DNA of 64,000 nucleotides from an uncultured archaeon (GTDB taxonomy: Archaea; Thermoplasmatota; Penumbrarchaeia; JASLWR01), in contig CAYSHM010000005.1 in NCBI GenBank assembly GCA_964430885.1, positions 32,001-96,000 of the forward strand, given 5' to 3'. The position numbers and the translations under genes were made by a program. Each line of letters begins with the position of its first letter. The stretch's first letter is position 1. Shown one piece after another: positions 27,112-37,776 of the stretch. The notes beneath the pieces were generated by a model. It did no database searches. It was given only the letters and a program-made list of their open reading frames with translations, and was not told the DNA's origin.

Positions 27112-29158
27112 AAAGAACGAGGGCTTCAGCTTTCCCCCTACACTTTATAGCCGAATGGCAAAAACAATCAATTCCGTTCTATTTCCAAACAATGAGAAAA
27201 AGGAAAGAAACGACCTCATAGAGAGAAAGAAGAAGTTCAGGGAAGACAACAAAAGGTTCAATCTGGCTAAAAAAAGATTCAATAAGATACAGAGTGATTT
27301 TTCAGCCACTTCACACACCTATATTAGAGAAGAGACTCGATTCCTAAGAGAAAGAGAACGATTCTTTAAAAGGAAAAAGGAACTGCATGATATTTCCCTA
27401 AGAAAAGCCCTTCCAATGGCTAGAATTGATCTCGAACCATTCGAAGTCCGCAGCTTTTCCAATGCCGTGTTCGCCATTTCGATACTAATCCTCCTGGCAT
27501 TAACACTTCCCCTGATTCTAATAACCCAATTTGATCTGCTATACATCATACTCTCACTTCTGTCGATCATGTTGATCCCAGGACCTTTGGCCCTATATAT
27601 TGAGAGTTACCCTTTCATAAAAGCAAAGCGTTTCAGGTCTCAAACAGTTGGAAAGATGCCCCAAGTTGTTCACCACCTATCCCTATCAATGAGATTATCA
27701 CCGTCCCTCGACAGAGCTGTCAGGTATGCTGCAAAGAGCGCTGATGAACCAATGGCATCAGAACTCCAAAAGGTGCTTTGGGACGTATATATGAGAGAGC
27801 ATTCATCAATAGAAGAGGCCTTTTTGGCCTTTGCCCATGACTGGAATGATTGGGATGAGGATTTCAGCAGGGCCCTATACATGATCAGAAGTGCAGCTCT
27901 TGAAAAGGAGAACGAAGGCATTAACAGGGTTCTCGATAAGGCCAATGATATCATTCTGCAGGGCACAAAAGGAAAACTCAAGAAGTTCGCCTCCGAACTT
28001 AAAATACCATCCCTCGTCCTGTTCGCCATAGGTATTATGCTTCCTCTGCTTGTTGCTATATTGCTTCCGGTCCTCGGCATAGGCAAAGAATGGACCTGGG
28101 TGGTTATCGGAATTACTAATGTCCTACTGCCGCTTCTGATATTCATCTACACATACTATATATTGGGAAAAAGGCCTGAAATGAGAACCACTCCAGACAT
28201 GAAAAGCACCCTTAAAAGAGGACAGATTGCCTTGGTGGTAATATTCTCCTTACTAATAGGAGGAGGATTTTTTCTATTCGGACTTCACATGATAGATAAG
28301 CACATACTATGGAGTGTTCTTCTGCTATGGAGTGTCACCATACCCATTATACTATACTGCTTCATTACGAATCTTGAGGTTAGAACAAGGGCAAAGGCCG
28401 TTAGGAAACTCGAAACCGAATATCCCGAAGCCCTATTCCAACTGGGCAACCGCATTGCCGAAGGAAAACCATTTGAAACCGCCCTTGGAACCACCGCTTC
28501 AGCCATGAAGAATACTCTGATATCTAATTTCTTTAAGAAAATGTCCTACAATCTCCGGACCATTAGACTGCCTATCAAGGATATTCTCTTCGGATCAAAA
28601 GGTCTTCTAAAGGATAGTCCCGCCAAAACTATCAAGAATACCATGCTTACCGTTGTCGAGGCGGTGAAGAAGGAACCAAATACTGCGGGCAAAACTATCA
28701 TACTCATATCGAACTACCTTGCTGAGCTCCATGCTGTTGAGAAGAAAATGAAGGAGAAGATGCATGAGGTCACCGGTATGATGAGCCAAACTGCCGTATT
28801 CATTGCTCCGGTTGTTATCGGATTTACAGTTGTATTATACAAATTGATGAGTGTAAATATCCAGACCTACGAGGTTCCCAGCGATATGGACGTCAATCTT
28901 ATGGGAATGGGGCAGGATACCATAGCACCATTGGCAATGTCCCTGGCCCTCGGCCTTTACTTGGTTCAGTTAGTAATAATAATATCCATATTTGTGAGCA
29001 GGGTCAATCATGGAAGGGACAATATTGAGCTAAAAAATACTCTGGCAACATATTTGTTGATATCCATGAGCATATATTCCTTTATTGTATTCACCGTTTT
29101 CCTTATTGGAGGAAGTTTCATTCCTGAAATCAATAATTCAATACTCCTAAACATATAG
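27104..29158 (+). CDS. Type IV pilus membrane platform protein (TadB/TadC, T2SSF-like, two domains)
   Basis: Two T2SSF-like helical domains (MPQVVHHLSLSMRLSPSLDRAV; YPEALFQLGNRIAEGKPFETAL), each flanked by TM helices. Overlaps the ATPase stop. Confidence 0.82.
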   Translation: MPKKNEGFSFPPTLYSRMAKTINSVLFPNNEKKERNDLIERKKKFREDNKRFNLAKKRFNKIQSDFSATSHTYIREETRFLRERERFFKRKKELHDISLRKALPMARIDLEPFEVRSFSNAVFAISILILLALTLPLILITQFDLLYIILSLLSIMLIPGPLALYIESYPFIKAKRFRSQTVGKMPQVVHHLSLSMRLSPSLDRAVRYAAKSADEPMASELQKVLWDVYMREHSSIEEAFLAFAHDWNDWDEDFSRALYMIRSAALEKENEGINRVLDKANDIILQGTKGKLKKFASELKIPSLVLFAIGIMLPLLVAILLPVLGIGKEWTWVVIGITNVLLPLLIFIYTYYILGKRPEMRTTPDMKSTLKRGQIALVVIFSLLIGGGFFLFGLHMIDKHILWSVLLLWSVTIPIILYCFITNLEVRTRAKAVRKLETEYPEALFQLGNRIAEGKPFETALGTTASAMKNTLISNFFKKMSYNLRTIRLPIKDILFGSKGLLKDSPAKTIKNTMLTVVEAVKKEPNTAGKTIILISNYLAELHAVEKKMKEKMHEVTGMMSQTAVFIAPVVIGFTVVLYKLMSVNIQTYEVPSDMDVNLMGMGQDTIAPLAMSLALGLYLVQLVIIISIFVSRVNHGRDNIELKNTLATYLLISMSIYSFIVFTVFLIGGSFIPEINNSILLNI

Positions 29159-29367
29159 AAATAATCCGTCATTAACTAAATATCGTTCTATCTGGAATAT
29201 GGAGATTATTTTCTTAGGTCTGCTGTATCAATCCATTTCAATAGCTAAGTCATTTTCTGTACTAAATGATAAAATATTGGACATCAGTATTAAATATTAG
29301 GTAAATTATTGGTAAGTCTATTGTATTCGTCCAATGAAGTGGAATTGGACATAATGAAATTAGTTAG

Positions 29368-29991
29368 GTGGATGCCCCTATGATGGACAGAAAAAGAAGT
29401 ATCAATAAATTCCGAAATGACCGATCGGGTCTGACAGGATTGGCATTAAGAATATTCATAATGGTGATAATAGCTGGAATTTGTCTTGTAGCTATTGTAG
29501 GATACATTGTTATGTCCAAACCGGATCTGGACGATATTTCCTATGAACCCATTCTTATCGGAGGATATGAAGGATATACTATCTGGTGCAACTGGACCGA
29601 AAGCACAAACGCTTCAATATTCAAACCCAATCCGGGAGAACACTGGTATGCAGGTGCAAGTCTTGCAAGCAATCATGTACCTAACAGTAATCTATACAAT
29701 GCCAAAATCACCATCATCTGCAGGGATGATAACAATAAACCCATGGCTGATGTCGATGTGGTGATATCCGGTTCAGGAGTACTGGACAACGACAGGACTA
29801 ACACCGACGGAGAAGTTACCCTGAACCTCAGGGGATGCTACCTTGGAGTTAACCAGGAACAGGGGAAGATAACCATCACAGCCAAATATGATTCAACCTT
29901 CGGTACCCAGGAAAAAACAAAGGAGATCACTGTTCTAGCCGGGGCAAAGACCCCTGATGGAGAGGTCCCTGAATCACATTACAATCAGTAA
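29368..29991 (+). CDS. Type IV pilin-like protein (class III signal peptide) with Ig-like C-terminal domain
   Basis: Basic leader KFRNDRSG followed by hydrophobic LTGLALRIFIMVIIAGICLVAIVGY. Located directly after the platform gene. Confidence 0.75.
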   Translation: MDAPMMDRKRSINKFRNDRSGLTGLALRIFIMVIIAGICLVAIVGYIVMSKPDLDDISYEPILIGGYEGYTIWCNWTESTNASIFKPNPGEHWYAGASLASNHVPNSNLYNAKITIICRDDNNKPMADVDVVISGSGVLDNDRTNTDGEVTLNLRGCYLGVNQEQGKITITAKYDSTFGTQEKTKEITVLAGAKTPDGEVPESHYNQ

Positions 29992-29996
29992 AAAAA

Positions 29997-30027
29997 TTAT
30001 CGGGAATTGGGTGTCTCAACCCGATAA
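29997..30027 (+). terminator. Stem-loop directly after the pilin gene
   Basis: TTATCGGG (29997-30004) and CCCGATAA (30020-30027) form an inverted repeat with an additional inner TTGGG/CTCAA pairing. Confidence 0.5.
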
Positions 30028-30066
30028 AAACAATAATTCAATATCAAACAATTAGGAGAAATCGTA

Positions 30067-30600
30067 ATGGCCACCATTTCGAATGATGCAATAGAAGAAG
30101 CAAAGAGAAAGGCTAGCGGTCTGAGTGCCTTGTTGACTGTGGGATCATTACTCTCACTTGCAATTATCGGTTTAATAGTATGGATACTAAAAGATGATGC
30201 TTTAAGCGGCGGAGGTGCTTTCGGGGGAACAATGATAATTATTATTATGTTCGCTACCCAATTATTCCTTGTTTTCGCCATGATATTCTCATTTATGAGG
30301 AGCGGTTATGGATTAATGAGAATTTTTTTATTTATCAGTATCTTACCCGGTTTAGTCTTTGGTGTAATTGGCGCTATTTTTTCTGGAATAGCATTATTTA
30401 AAATGTCCGGGGCAAGGCTGGCTTACCCTTCTGAAGTCGAGAAGATCAAGAGACGAGAGGAAGCAAAGGCCAAGGGTAAGAAAAAAGAGATACTAGAACT
30501 CGAATGCCCCGACTGCGGTACCGAATTCAAGGTCAAGGATAAAGGTAAACGTCCACTGGCCATCAAATGCCCGGAATGCGGAGCCGAAGGCGAGATATAG
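30067..30600 (+). CDS. Small membrane protein (about 3 TM) with C-terminal zinc ribbon
   Basis: Three hydrophobic helices. Ends CPDCG...CPECGAEGEI. Confidence 0.72.
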   Translation: MATISNDAIEEAKRKASGLSALLTVGSLLSLAIIGLIVWILKDDALSGGGAFGGTMIIIIMFATQLFLVFAMIFSFMRSGYGLMRIFLFISILPGLVFGVIGAIFSGIALFKMSGARLAYPSEVEKIKRREEAKAKGKKKEILELECPDCGTEFKVKDKGKRPLAIKCPECGAEGEI

Positions 30601-30785
30601 ATCTCCTTCACGTCCAGCTAACCTAATACTCATAAAACCAGATGAACCTGCTCATCAATAAATTTCTCCCTCCCTCAGGCTGAAGTGAATTCATTCGTTA
30701 TTTTGAAATCAGAAGCTTAGTTGATCAATTATTGAATTTTGTAATGAATTACAAAAACGGTGTCCTAATCAGTTTCCTTCATTAT

Positions 30786-32456
30786 TCAACCCAGTAATGA
30801 TTTTATTACCCACGGAGCTGCTTTAGACATTGCCGCACCTATCCATACCATAAAAACAAAATTGAAACAAGCCGTATATTTGTGACCCGCGGTCACTATT
30901 ACCTGAATTAGTGATGTTATCGCCGCGTGGATTATTATAACGATGAATAATAGATTGATGAAAAAACTGACTGAATAGGGTTGGGTGAATAGGACCTGAA
31001 CATCCAGATAGTTCTCATTGACACCGGATTCTACCACTAGGTCACTCAATATATCCACTAGGCCTGCAGCCATGAAGAACACTATGCTGATGACTATGGC
31101 GATGCCTATGAATATACCTGACAGTGACTGTGCAAGGGTATAACGCCTTTTACGCAGACCCAGTATTTTAGTGAAATTGTAAGAAATAATATTAGATGAC
31201 TCTCCGGGTTTTCCGCCTGCCTTCAGACCCCTAACAAACATACTGGAGAACTTTGTAATAAGATCAGAACCCGTTTCCGCACCAAAATAGCGCCATGAGG
31301 AAAATGGATCTATTCTCATTTTTAATCTTGAGTATAGTGAATTTATATTTTTGGTCAAAGGACCGAAATCATGTCTTCTCAACCTCTTTAACGCTGCAAC
31401 GGGCACAATGGAACTGGTCTCAGATGTGGAGCCTAGTGATCTAATAAAAGCCGGGAAATTATCATCCCTTCTTATTACCTTGGATTCCACACTTTTACTG
31501 TAGTATCCAGATATTATAAGAGGGGAAAATGTTATTGCCATGCATATTGGGAATCCCAGTTTGAAAATGGGCTCGATCACGATAAAAACCAGCAATCCAG
31601 TTACTGCAGATACTACCAGGGATCCAATGAAATAATAGTTCAATAGGACCGACACCTTGGTTTTTATATCGGTATCCTCCCAGACCCGCTCCCTGGGAAC
31701 ATACGCTGAAAATACATATAGCATGAGGGCCTCAACAGAGATAAATAGTATAGCAGACAGAACAAATAGCGTAGTAGTATTGATACCTATAATAAAGGGA
31801 ATCATAGACACTATCAGAATAATAAACGCCATAACAATCGTAATAGCGATGAAAATTTCGGTCACCATATCTATGGTATCAGCGGCCTGATTATAGAGGG
31901 ATTTATATTCCTCGAAAATTATTTCCTGCTCTGCAGTGAAAAAGGTCTTGGAATCCTCTCCTGCTTCCACGCCGTAGGCCAGACGTTCTAGGAAATCTCC
32001 GAAAACAACGGATGGAGTGAGCTTGGATATTCTTCTGCATGCCTCCCCGACTGAAACTCCCCACTTATCTATGAGCATATAGACCTTATTGATCTCCTTA
32101 GCCAATTCCCCATATTCCTTCATTTCAGATACAATATCGAAAATTCCCTTCCGAGATATTGCAGATGTGGCCAAAACACCTGCTCGGGTAATAAACAACT
32201 GCATATCCTGTTCAATCCTTTTTACCCTGGCCTGTTTTTTAATGAATGGGTAGAGAAGGAAAACAGCTATAATAACCACAAAGGATATTCCATAGAGCAG
32301 AAAAAGATATATGCCTCCGAATATTGAAGGATATGTCAGTAGAAGAGCAGCGACAGTTACTAGATAAATTAAAACAACTGGCAGAGCCAAATGGAGAAAA
32401 TACTTTTTGGAATCGATATCCACTGACGAAAGCGTACTTCTCCATATATCTGTCAC
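30786..32456 (-). CDS. flaJ: Archaellum membrane platform FlaJ/ArlJ
   Basis: Polytopic T2SSF-type protein with motifs DFLERLAY, RRDDNFPAFIRSLG, HDFGPLT, WRYFGAETGSDLI. Last gene of the fla cluster. Confidence 0.92.
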   Translation of the reverse strand: MTDIWRSTLSSVDIDSKKYFLHLALPVVLIYLVTVAALLLTYPSIFGGIYLFLLYGISFVVIIAVFLLYPFIKKQARVKRIEQDMQLFITRAGVLATSAISRKGIFDIVSEMKEYGELAKEINKVYMLIDKWGVSVGEACRRISKLTPSVVFGDFLERLAYGVEAGEDSKTFFTAEQEIIFEEYKSLYNQAADTIDMVTEIFIAITIVMAFIILIVSMIPFIIGINTTTLFVLSAILFISVEALMLYVFSAYVPRERVWEDTDIKTKVSVLLNYYFIGSLVVSAVTGLLVFIVIEPIFKLGFPICMAITFSPLIISGYYSKSVESKVIRRDDNFPAFIRSLGSTSETSSIVPVAALKRLRRHDFGPLTKNINSLYSRLKMRIDPFSSWRYFGAETGSDLITKFSSMFVRGLKAGGKPGESSNIISYNFTKILGLRKRRYTLAQSLSGIFIGIAIVISIVFFMAAGLVDILSDLVVESGVNENYLDVQVLFTQPYSVSFFINLLFIVIIIHAAITSLIQVIVTAGHKYTACFNFVFMVWIGAAMSKAAPWVIKSLLG

Positions 32457-32480
32457 TAACCCTCACCACAATTTTATAAT

Positions 32481-34184
32481 TCAAAAGCTACTTCGGCGTT
32501 CCATATATTTATCCGCCATTGCTTCCCAACCCTGCTGATAATATGTCCTGAAAACATCTCTAATAGTATCATAACCGAATATATTGTTATCAACAAGATA
32601 CTGAATGAACTTCTCTCTTTTTTTCATTTCAACATAAATTTCACGACTATCGGCAAGACCCAAAATTGGAGCGACCTTATTTTCAAGGATGTGACTGTTG
32701 AACATACCCCTGAAGCTGTGAATATCGTTTACTGAATCCCATCTGAAAACTGCCCTGTTCAACACTCCTCCTTTAGCTTTGGAATAACCGATTATTTCTT
32801 CCATTGAAGAACACCGCCTTACTACAGAACCCTTCATGTACAGGAGCTGTTGAAAGCAGGCTATGTTCAGATTATCCATGAAACGAATAGGTACATTAAT
32901 TGGGTGACCAGTGAATCTCTGCAGCATCTTCTGAATTGAAGATGCGTGGAAGGTAGATAATACTGGATGTCCAGTCTGCATTGCCTGAAATGCTACTGCT
33001 CCCTCTTCACCCCTTATCTCTCCAACAATGATATAATCAGGCCTTGATCGTAAAGCAGCTTTAACCAATCCAAATAATGTTACCTGGGACTCCTCGGGAC
33101 CTGATTCCCTCGTAACCAATCTCTGCCAAACCGGATGAGGTACAATAACCTCTGGAGTGTCTTCGGCCGTAAATATCTTGTAATCATAGTTGACAAAATT
33201 CAGCATTGCATTGAGAGAAGTTGTTTTTCCTGAAGCTGTTTCCCCGCTCATGAAAATGGACATTTTATATTCAAGGGCAAGCCACAGATAAGCCGCCATG
33301 GATGAATTAAAGGTCCCCCACTGGATTAGCTGGATCATGGTAGGCGGTGTTTCGGTGAATTTACGAATTGTGAATGAAGCTCCTTTCTTGGAAACATCCT
33401 CACTGTAAATAATATTGATCCTGGAACCATCTGGAAGGGCACCATCCACCACTGGCGACGCATCGCTGACGGGACGGCCTATTCTTTCACTCATGTTCCT
33501 AAGGAATTTATCAAGCTGAAGACTTGTTTCGAAATTTAAATTGGTTGGAACCATTCCGATAACCTTGTGTACAAGGGATATCTGTTCAGTTCCTATAACA
33601 TGAATATCCTCAATAAAGGGATCGCGTATCAATGGTTCTATTGGGCCGTGCCCTATGATGTTCCTGTGAATATAATACCATATAGTCTCTGCCTCATCCT
33701 CTGTTATTGGAACCCTTCTCCGCTTCCAACGCTGGAAAAAACCTTTACGTTTCCTTCCAACCCTGGCATCAGGCCCCTGTATGATATCAACACTTTCATT
33801 CATGAGCTTCCGGAGAATATCTTCAAATTCCTCTTGGGTCTTCGGCGGTTTCTCTTTAGGTGCTCTGTTTAGGATATTTTCCAAAATCAGATCCATTTTT
33901 CCTTGTGTTGCCTCCGTTATCTCGGGCTCCACAGCTATATAGTTTATTCTGGGGTAACCAACAGTAGTCAAATGAATATATACGGGATCCCCAACATCAT
34001 ATATTATATTGACAATTTTTTTCCCATATACCATATTCTTGTTGAAGTTCTCGTGGAATACCAGATGGATCTTTTCATTGGTCCTATCCTCAAACTCTCG
34101 AATATATTTTTTCAAATGTGGATTCTCGTCCACATCTGCTGTTGTCAAAGTATTAACGTCCGATACTTCATTTGGAGCATCCAT
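32481..34184 (-). CDS. flaI: Archaellum motor ATPase FlaI/ArlI
   Basis: GPIEPLIRDPFIEDIH, LPDGSRINIIY, SFTIRKF, Walker A GETASGKTT, ALRSRPDYIIVGEIRGEEG, AMQTGHPV. Confidence 0.95.
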   Translation of the reverse strand: MDAPNEVSDVNTLTTADVDENPHLKKYIREFEDRTNEKIHLVFHENFNKNMVYGKKIVNIIYDVGDPVYIHLTTVGYPRINYIAVEPEITEATQGKMDLILENILNRAPKEKPPKTQEEFEDILRKLMNESVDIIQGPDARVGRKRKGFFQRWKRRRVPITEDEAETIWYYIHRNIIGHGPIEPLIRDPFIEDIHVIGTEQISLVHKVIGMVPTNLNFETSLQLDKFLRNMSERIGRPVSDASPVVDGALPDGSRINIIYSEDVSKKGASFTIRKFTETPPTMIQLIQWGTFNSSMAAYLWLALEYKMSIFMSGETASGKTTSLNAMLNFVNYDYKIFTAEDTPEVIVPHPVWQRLVTRESGPEESQVTLFGLVKAALRSRPDYIIVGEIRGEEGAVAFQAMQTGHPVLSTFHASSIQKMLQRFTGHPINVPIRFMDNLNIACFQQLLYMKGSVVRRCSSMEEIIGYSKAKGGVLNRAVFRWDSVNDIHSFRGMFNSHILENKVAPILGLADSREIYVEMKKREKFIQYLVDNNIFGYDTIRDVFRTYYQQGWEAMADKYMERRSSF

Positions 34185-34208
34185 CTTGTTACCTCTTCAT
34201 CGTAATCA

Positions 34209-34913
34209 TCATGCCACTGCAGTAATATCTACAATAAATCCTGCTCCAGGAATTACCTTGAAACCTACGGTATCACGAACGGGACCTGCTGCAGCTCCAA
34301 ATCTTCGGATCAGCATTTTATGTTCCATTTTTCCTTCAATCGCTTCACATTCCAACTCAATAAAAATATCTGCGATAGAACTGAAAAGGGACTCCACATT
34401 TTCCCCCAGTTCCCTGGATTCTATGGTAATTATTATGTTCTTGCTCTGACCGGATAGTTTTTTAAAGAAGGAAAGAACCTTGAAAGACCTATCCTCATCA
34501 ATATCATGTTTTATCAACTGGGAAAAGGTATCGATAACTATAACATCGTTATTGTAAAGCTCCCTAGTATTCATCAATCGGCCCAGGAAATCCTGCCTCT
34601 CCTTGACCTGTCCGAAGAGAGGAAAAACAGGAATGAATAGGAGCTGTTTCTTCAATAGATGACCCATTACATCATAATCCAGGGATTTCATCTGATCTAT
34701 GAATCCTTTTGTGGTCAGTTCAGTGGAGATTACAGTAACGCTAATGCCGTGCTGCAGGAATGAATACAGCAGCCTCTGGACAACTGCACTTTTCCCGGAT
34801 CCATCCCTTCCTTCAAGAAGCATGGTTGTTCCCTTGGGAATGCCTCCGCCAAACTGCATATGGAGGTTATCCCGGTCCATTATTATCGGAAGGTATTTAT
34901 CAGTATCTACCAT
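34209..34913 (-). CDS. flaH: Archaellum RecA-fold ATPase FlaH/ArlH
   Basis: RDNLHMQFGGGIPKG, Walker A GRDGSGKS, STELTTKGFIDQMKSLDY, VIVIDTFS, FKVIPGAGFIVDI. ATG follows a GGTGA RBS. Confidence 0.93.
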   Translation of the reverse strand: MVDTDKYLPIIMDRDNLHMQFGGGIPKGTTMLLEGRDGSGKSAVVQRLLYSFLQHGISVTVISTELTTKGFIDQMKSLDYDVMGHLLKKQLLFIPVFPLFGQVKERQDFLGRLMNTRELYNNDVIVIDTFSQLIKHDIDEDRSFKVLSFFKKLSGQSKNIIITIESRELGENVESLFSSIADIFIELECEAIEGKMEHKMLIRRFGAAAGPVRDTVGFKVIPGAGFIVDITAVA

Positions 34914-34931
34914 TTGAAATATCACCCTTGA

Positions 34932-35423
34932 TCATATATTTACTACCCTGATATATTTGGAATCCGAAACCTCAGAATGACCGGAAACCAGCATTTTTAT
35001 TCTGTATTGATAATCCGGAAAAAGGGGATCGGTATTATAGGTCAATCTGATTGTTTGTCCGGGAAGGAGTTCAACACCCTTCCCGATAATTGAATAATTG
35101 GATGGGAGATAGTCGGTGTTAGTAACATTGCCGCCTGTTAAAAGCAGAATGAAAGATGAGTTCACTTCGGCTGCTGAAAAGGATTTATGCCCCACATTTT
35201 TTAAATAGAGTATCAGATTGTTTGTGGTATTGTTGAACGGTACCATGGTGACATCGTTCTCAATGGAAATATCATAGAGCAGAGAACCGGATTGACTCAT
35301 TCCCCTTGATTCAATGTTATCAGCCATGTCCATGGAAACCTTAACAATTACTCCTGATATGGCAGAAGCCGCTACTACCGCTGCAATGAACCAAATAATA
35401 TGAGATGCAGATGTGTCAGCCAT
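34932..35423 (-). CDS. flaG: Archaellum stator component FlaG/ArlG
   Basis: N-terminus MADTSASHIIWFIAAVVAASAISG, ISIEND, YLKNVG. Located between flaF and flaH. Confidence 0.85.
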   Translation of the reverse strand: MADTSASHIIWFIAAVVAASAISGVIVKVSMDMADNIESRGMSQSGSLLYDISIENDVTMVPFNNTTNNLILYLKNVGHKSFSAAEVNSSFILLLTGGNVTNTDYLPSNYSIIGKGVELLPGQTIRLTYNTDPLFPDYQYRIKMLVSGHSEVSDSKYIRVVNI

Positions 35424-35480
35424 TTTTTTCCTTCCGTTTAATTTTTGAAATTAAATTTCCTTTCGGGGATCTTAGGTAAT

Positions 35481-35933
35481 TCAGTTAATTGTGGTATAAC
35501 GCCCATAACCGTTTTGAACAGTAACCCTTATGTGGATAGGTTTTGCAATTCCCGCATTGGCAATAGTAATATTTGCAGTCTCCCCGGGACTGCATATATA
35601 GGTTTTGTTCATCATATTTCCAGCAAACGAGTAGACCTGATAGCTATTATTATACCTGAGTCCGTTCAGATAAACATCGGTGAATCTCAAATCCAAAGGA
35701 TTAGAACCATTGTTCTTTATTGTGATATTTACCACATTGGCAGGAGCGGGATAATGCCTGGCATCAGTAAAGGAAAGGGTAGTATCCAGAAGAGAACGCT
35801 GTCGCTCCAGATATCCATCTCTGGCTTCCCTTACCATTTCATCTTTAACATCATGAGCCTCCCATACTGAAGCTACCGAGATTATTAGCGCGATGAAAAT
35901 TATACCTGCGGATGCGGTTACCCCTAAGCCCAT
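35481..35933 (-). CDS. flaF: Archaellum stator component FlaF/ArlF
   Basis: N-terminus MGLGVTASAGIIFIAL, ITIKNNGS, DVYLNG, PGE, RVTVQNG. Confidence 0.82.
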   Translation of the reverse strand: MGLGVTASAGIIFIALIISVASVWEAHDVKDEMVREARDGYLERQRSLLDTTLSFTDARHYPAPANVVNITIKNNGSNPLDLRFTDVYLNGLRYNNSYQVYSFAGNMMNKTYICSPGETANITIANAGIAKPIHIRVTVQNGYGRYTTIN

Positions 35934-35939
35934 ATTTAA

Positions 35940-36977
35940 TTATCCTCCTTCTATGAATCCCCCAATATGCTCCTTTCTTATCCTCTCAATATGCTCCAGG
36001 GACTGAGCATGATCTTCAATGGATAGTTTCCAGCCTTCCTCCTCACCGATTATTGTTCCGTCCTCATTAAGGTAGATGTCATCATCGTCATCTGTGAAAT
36101 CCGCTTCAATTTTAGAACCCATGAGGAAATTTAAGGTGGTTATCTCAATATTTTCACCTATCCAGCCCAGCTCTCGATAGTATTTCAACAGATTCGGTAT
36201 GTCCTCGGCCCTCATTTTGGTCTCCAAAAATCTCAGCCAAGACAAAATAGAGGATTCAAAGCGAAATTCGTTTCCAATTTCAACATTAGTTTCTTTTGCC
36301 ATTTCCTTGTCTGTATCCACGAATCCATCCTCATCCTCCAATATTTCCATCCTACCTGGCTGTCCCTCTCGACCTCCGTATGGAACACCTTCATTACCCC
36401 TTATCAACTCCACATTATCAATGATTCCGTCCCACCTTTTATCACCGGAGAACTGCCCCATGGCATCGAACTCAATGAATGGATTTATCTGAGCTGAGAT
36501 CAGATCATACAGGGCTGAAAGTTCTCTAATGGTCTTATCCACCTTGGTGTAGGAGTCCCTCATATCCTCAAGCTCTCTGATGATAACCTCCAATCTAGAA
36601 TAGTCTTCCTTAATCTCCCTTATTCCTGACTCTATACTGTAAACTGTCTCTTCATAACCTGAGACCTTTTCCTTCAGTTTAGTGATATCATCCTTCATTT
36701 TCTCAATTTTTGCAAGTGCCCTGCTGTCCATTCCTATTTTGATTATCTCCTTGTCACCCTTCTTCTCGACAACGTTTATCTCCTCCTTCTCATCACCTTT
36801 CACCGTAGGAATTCCCACTTCCAGCTCATATCTGTCGAAGTCACGGGGCTCTCTTTCCTTCCTCTTCTCCTTCCTCCTCCCCCTAGGTGAATCTCTTCTC
36901 GGGTTCTTCTTTCTCCCGTATTCGTTTCCTCCTCTTCTCTTCCCTTTTCCAGGGAATGATCTTCCATTGCTTTCCAT
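35940..36977 (-). CDS. Archaellum accessory protein FlaC fused to a FlaD/E domain
   Basis: Coiled coil ending in the FlaC motif LYDLISAQINPF. C-terminal FlaD/E-like WLRFL...LLKYYRELGWIG...LSIEDHAQSLEHI. Confidence 0.85.
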   Translation of the reverse strand: MESNGRSFPGKGKRRGGNEYGRKKNPRRDSPRGRRKEKRKEREPRDFDRYELEVGIPTVKGDEKEEINVVEKKGDKEIIKIGMDSRALAKIEKMKDDITKLKEKVSGYEETVYSIESGIREIKEDYSRLEVIIRELEDMRDSYTKVDKTIRELSALYDLISAQINPFIEFDAMGQFSGDKRWDGIIDNVELIRGNEGVPYGGREGQPGRMEILEDEDGFVDTDKEMAKETNVEIGNEFRFESSILSWLRFLETKMRAEDIPNLLKYYRELGWIGENIEITTLNFLMGSKIEADFTDDDDDIYLNEDGTIIGEEEGWKLSIEDHAQSLEHIERIRKEHIGGFIEGG

Positions 36978-37061
36978 TGGAATGTTATCACCAACTATAT
37001 CACGATGCTACCGCACTTATTTTCTTGAAATCAAGTATTATAATTCCTGAGCGTAAAAATA

Positions 37062-37095
37062 TAATAGGAAGCAAATAGAAAATTGCTTCCTATTA
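37062..37095 (-). terminator. 13-bp perfect stem-loop downstream of flaB (copy 2)
   Basis: TAATAGGAAGCAA-8nt-TTGCTTCCTATTA, about 10 bp after the flaB stop and flanked by T-runs on the minus strand. Confidence 0.7.
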
Positions 37096-37104
37096 AAAAC
37101 ATAT

Positions 37105-37776
37105 TTAATACAAATCTACCCAGCCGCCATTTGCCGGAAATGCAGAGGGTATATTGAATCCTCTGCTCGTGGGGGTCATCCCAGTTCCGATCATGAACTT
37201 GATGGACCCGTCGGATGAGGTGTCCAGACCACTACCGGTGAGGGCAGTTATATTACCGCCTGCACTGGCCTTGTTCAGATCGATATCGATGTATACCAAT
37301 GAATCCCCATCCAGTACTGCATCGTTCTGGAATGACTGATGCGGATCCACTGTTGCATTCGTCGTGAAAGCCTCTAGATTGAAAGTTGCCCGGTTTCCAT
37401 TCAAGTGATGTAAACAATCAGCAACTCCGGCCTCTGCTCCTGTGGGTTCCTTATCTTCCCAGCTAATATGGCACATCAATTCATTCTGGAGATCAATTGC
37501 TTCCGTTCCAGAATAGAGAGCAATATAGAATCTGAGTATCTGAAGCTCTCCAGCAGGCCCGTTTACAAGTCCCTGCATTGTCTGTACTTTAATACCTCCG
37601 GAAACATCTTCTGTTACCTCCGAACCTGTCTTGTTCGCTCTATCCTGTAAGCTGCCTGAAGTATTTATCAACACAGCAGCAGCTATTGCAGCCACGAGCA
37701 CCATGGCTATGAACACAATAAGTGTTCCAATACCCACGGCTCCATTTTCCTTCTTTCTGAAGTTTTTTCTATTCAT
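37105..37776 (-). CDS. flaB: Archaellin FlaB/ArlB (copy 2, identical to copy 1)
   Basis: Class III signal RKKENG then [43 protein letters not shown]. Confidence 0.95.
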   Translation of the reverse strand: MNRKNFRKKENGAVGIGTLIVFIAMVLVAAIAAAVLINTSGSLQDRANKTGSEVTEDVSGGIKVQTMQGLVNGPAGELQILRFYIALYSGTEAIDLQNELMCHISWEDKEPTGAEAGVADCLHHLNGNRATFNLEAFTTNATVDPHQSFQNDAVLDGDSLVYIDIDLNKASAGGNITALTGSGLDTSSDGSIKFMIGTGMTPTSRGFNIPSAFPANGGWVDLY

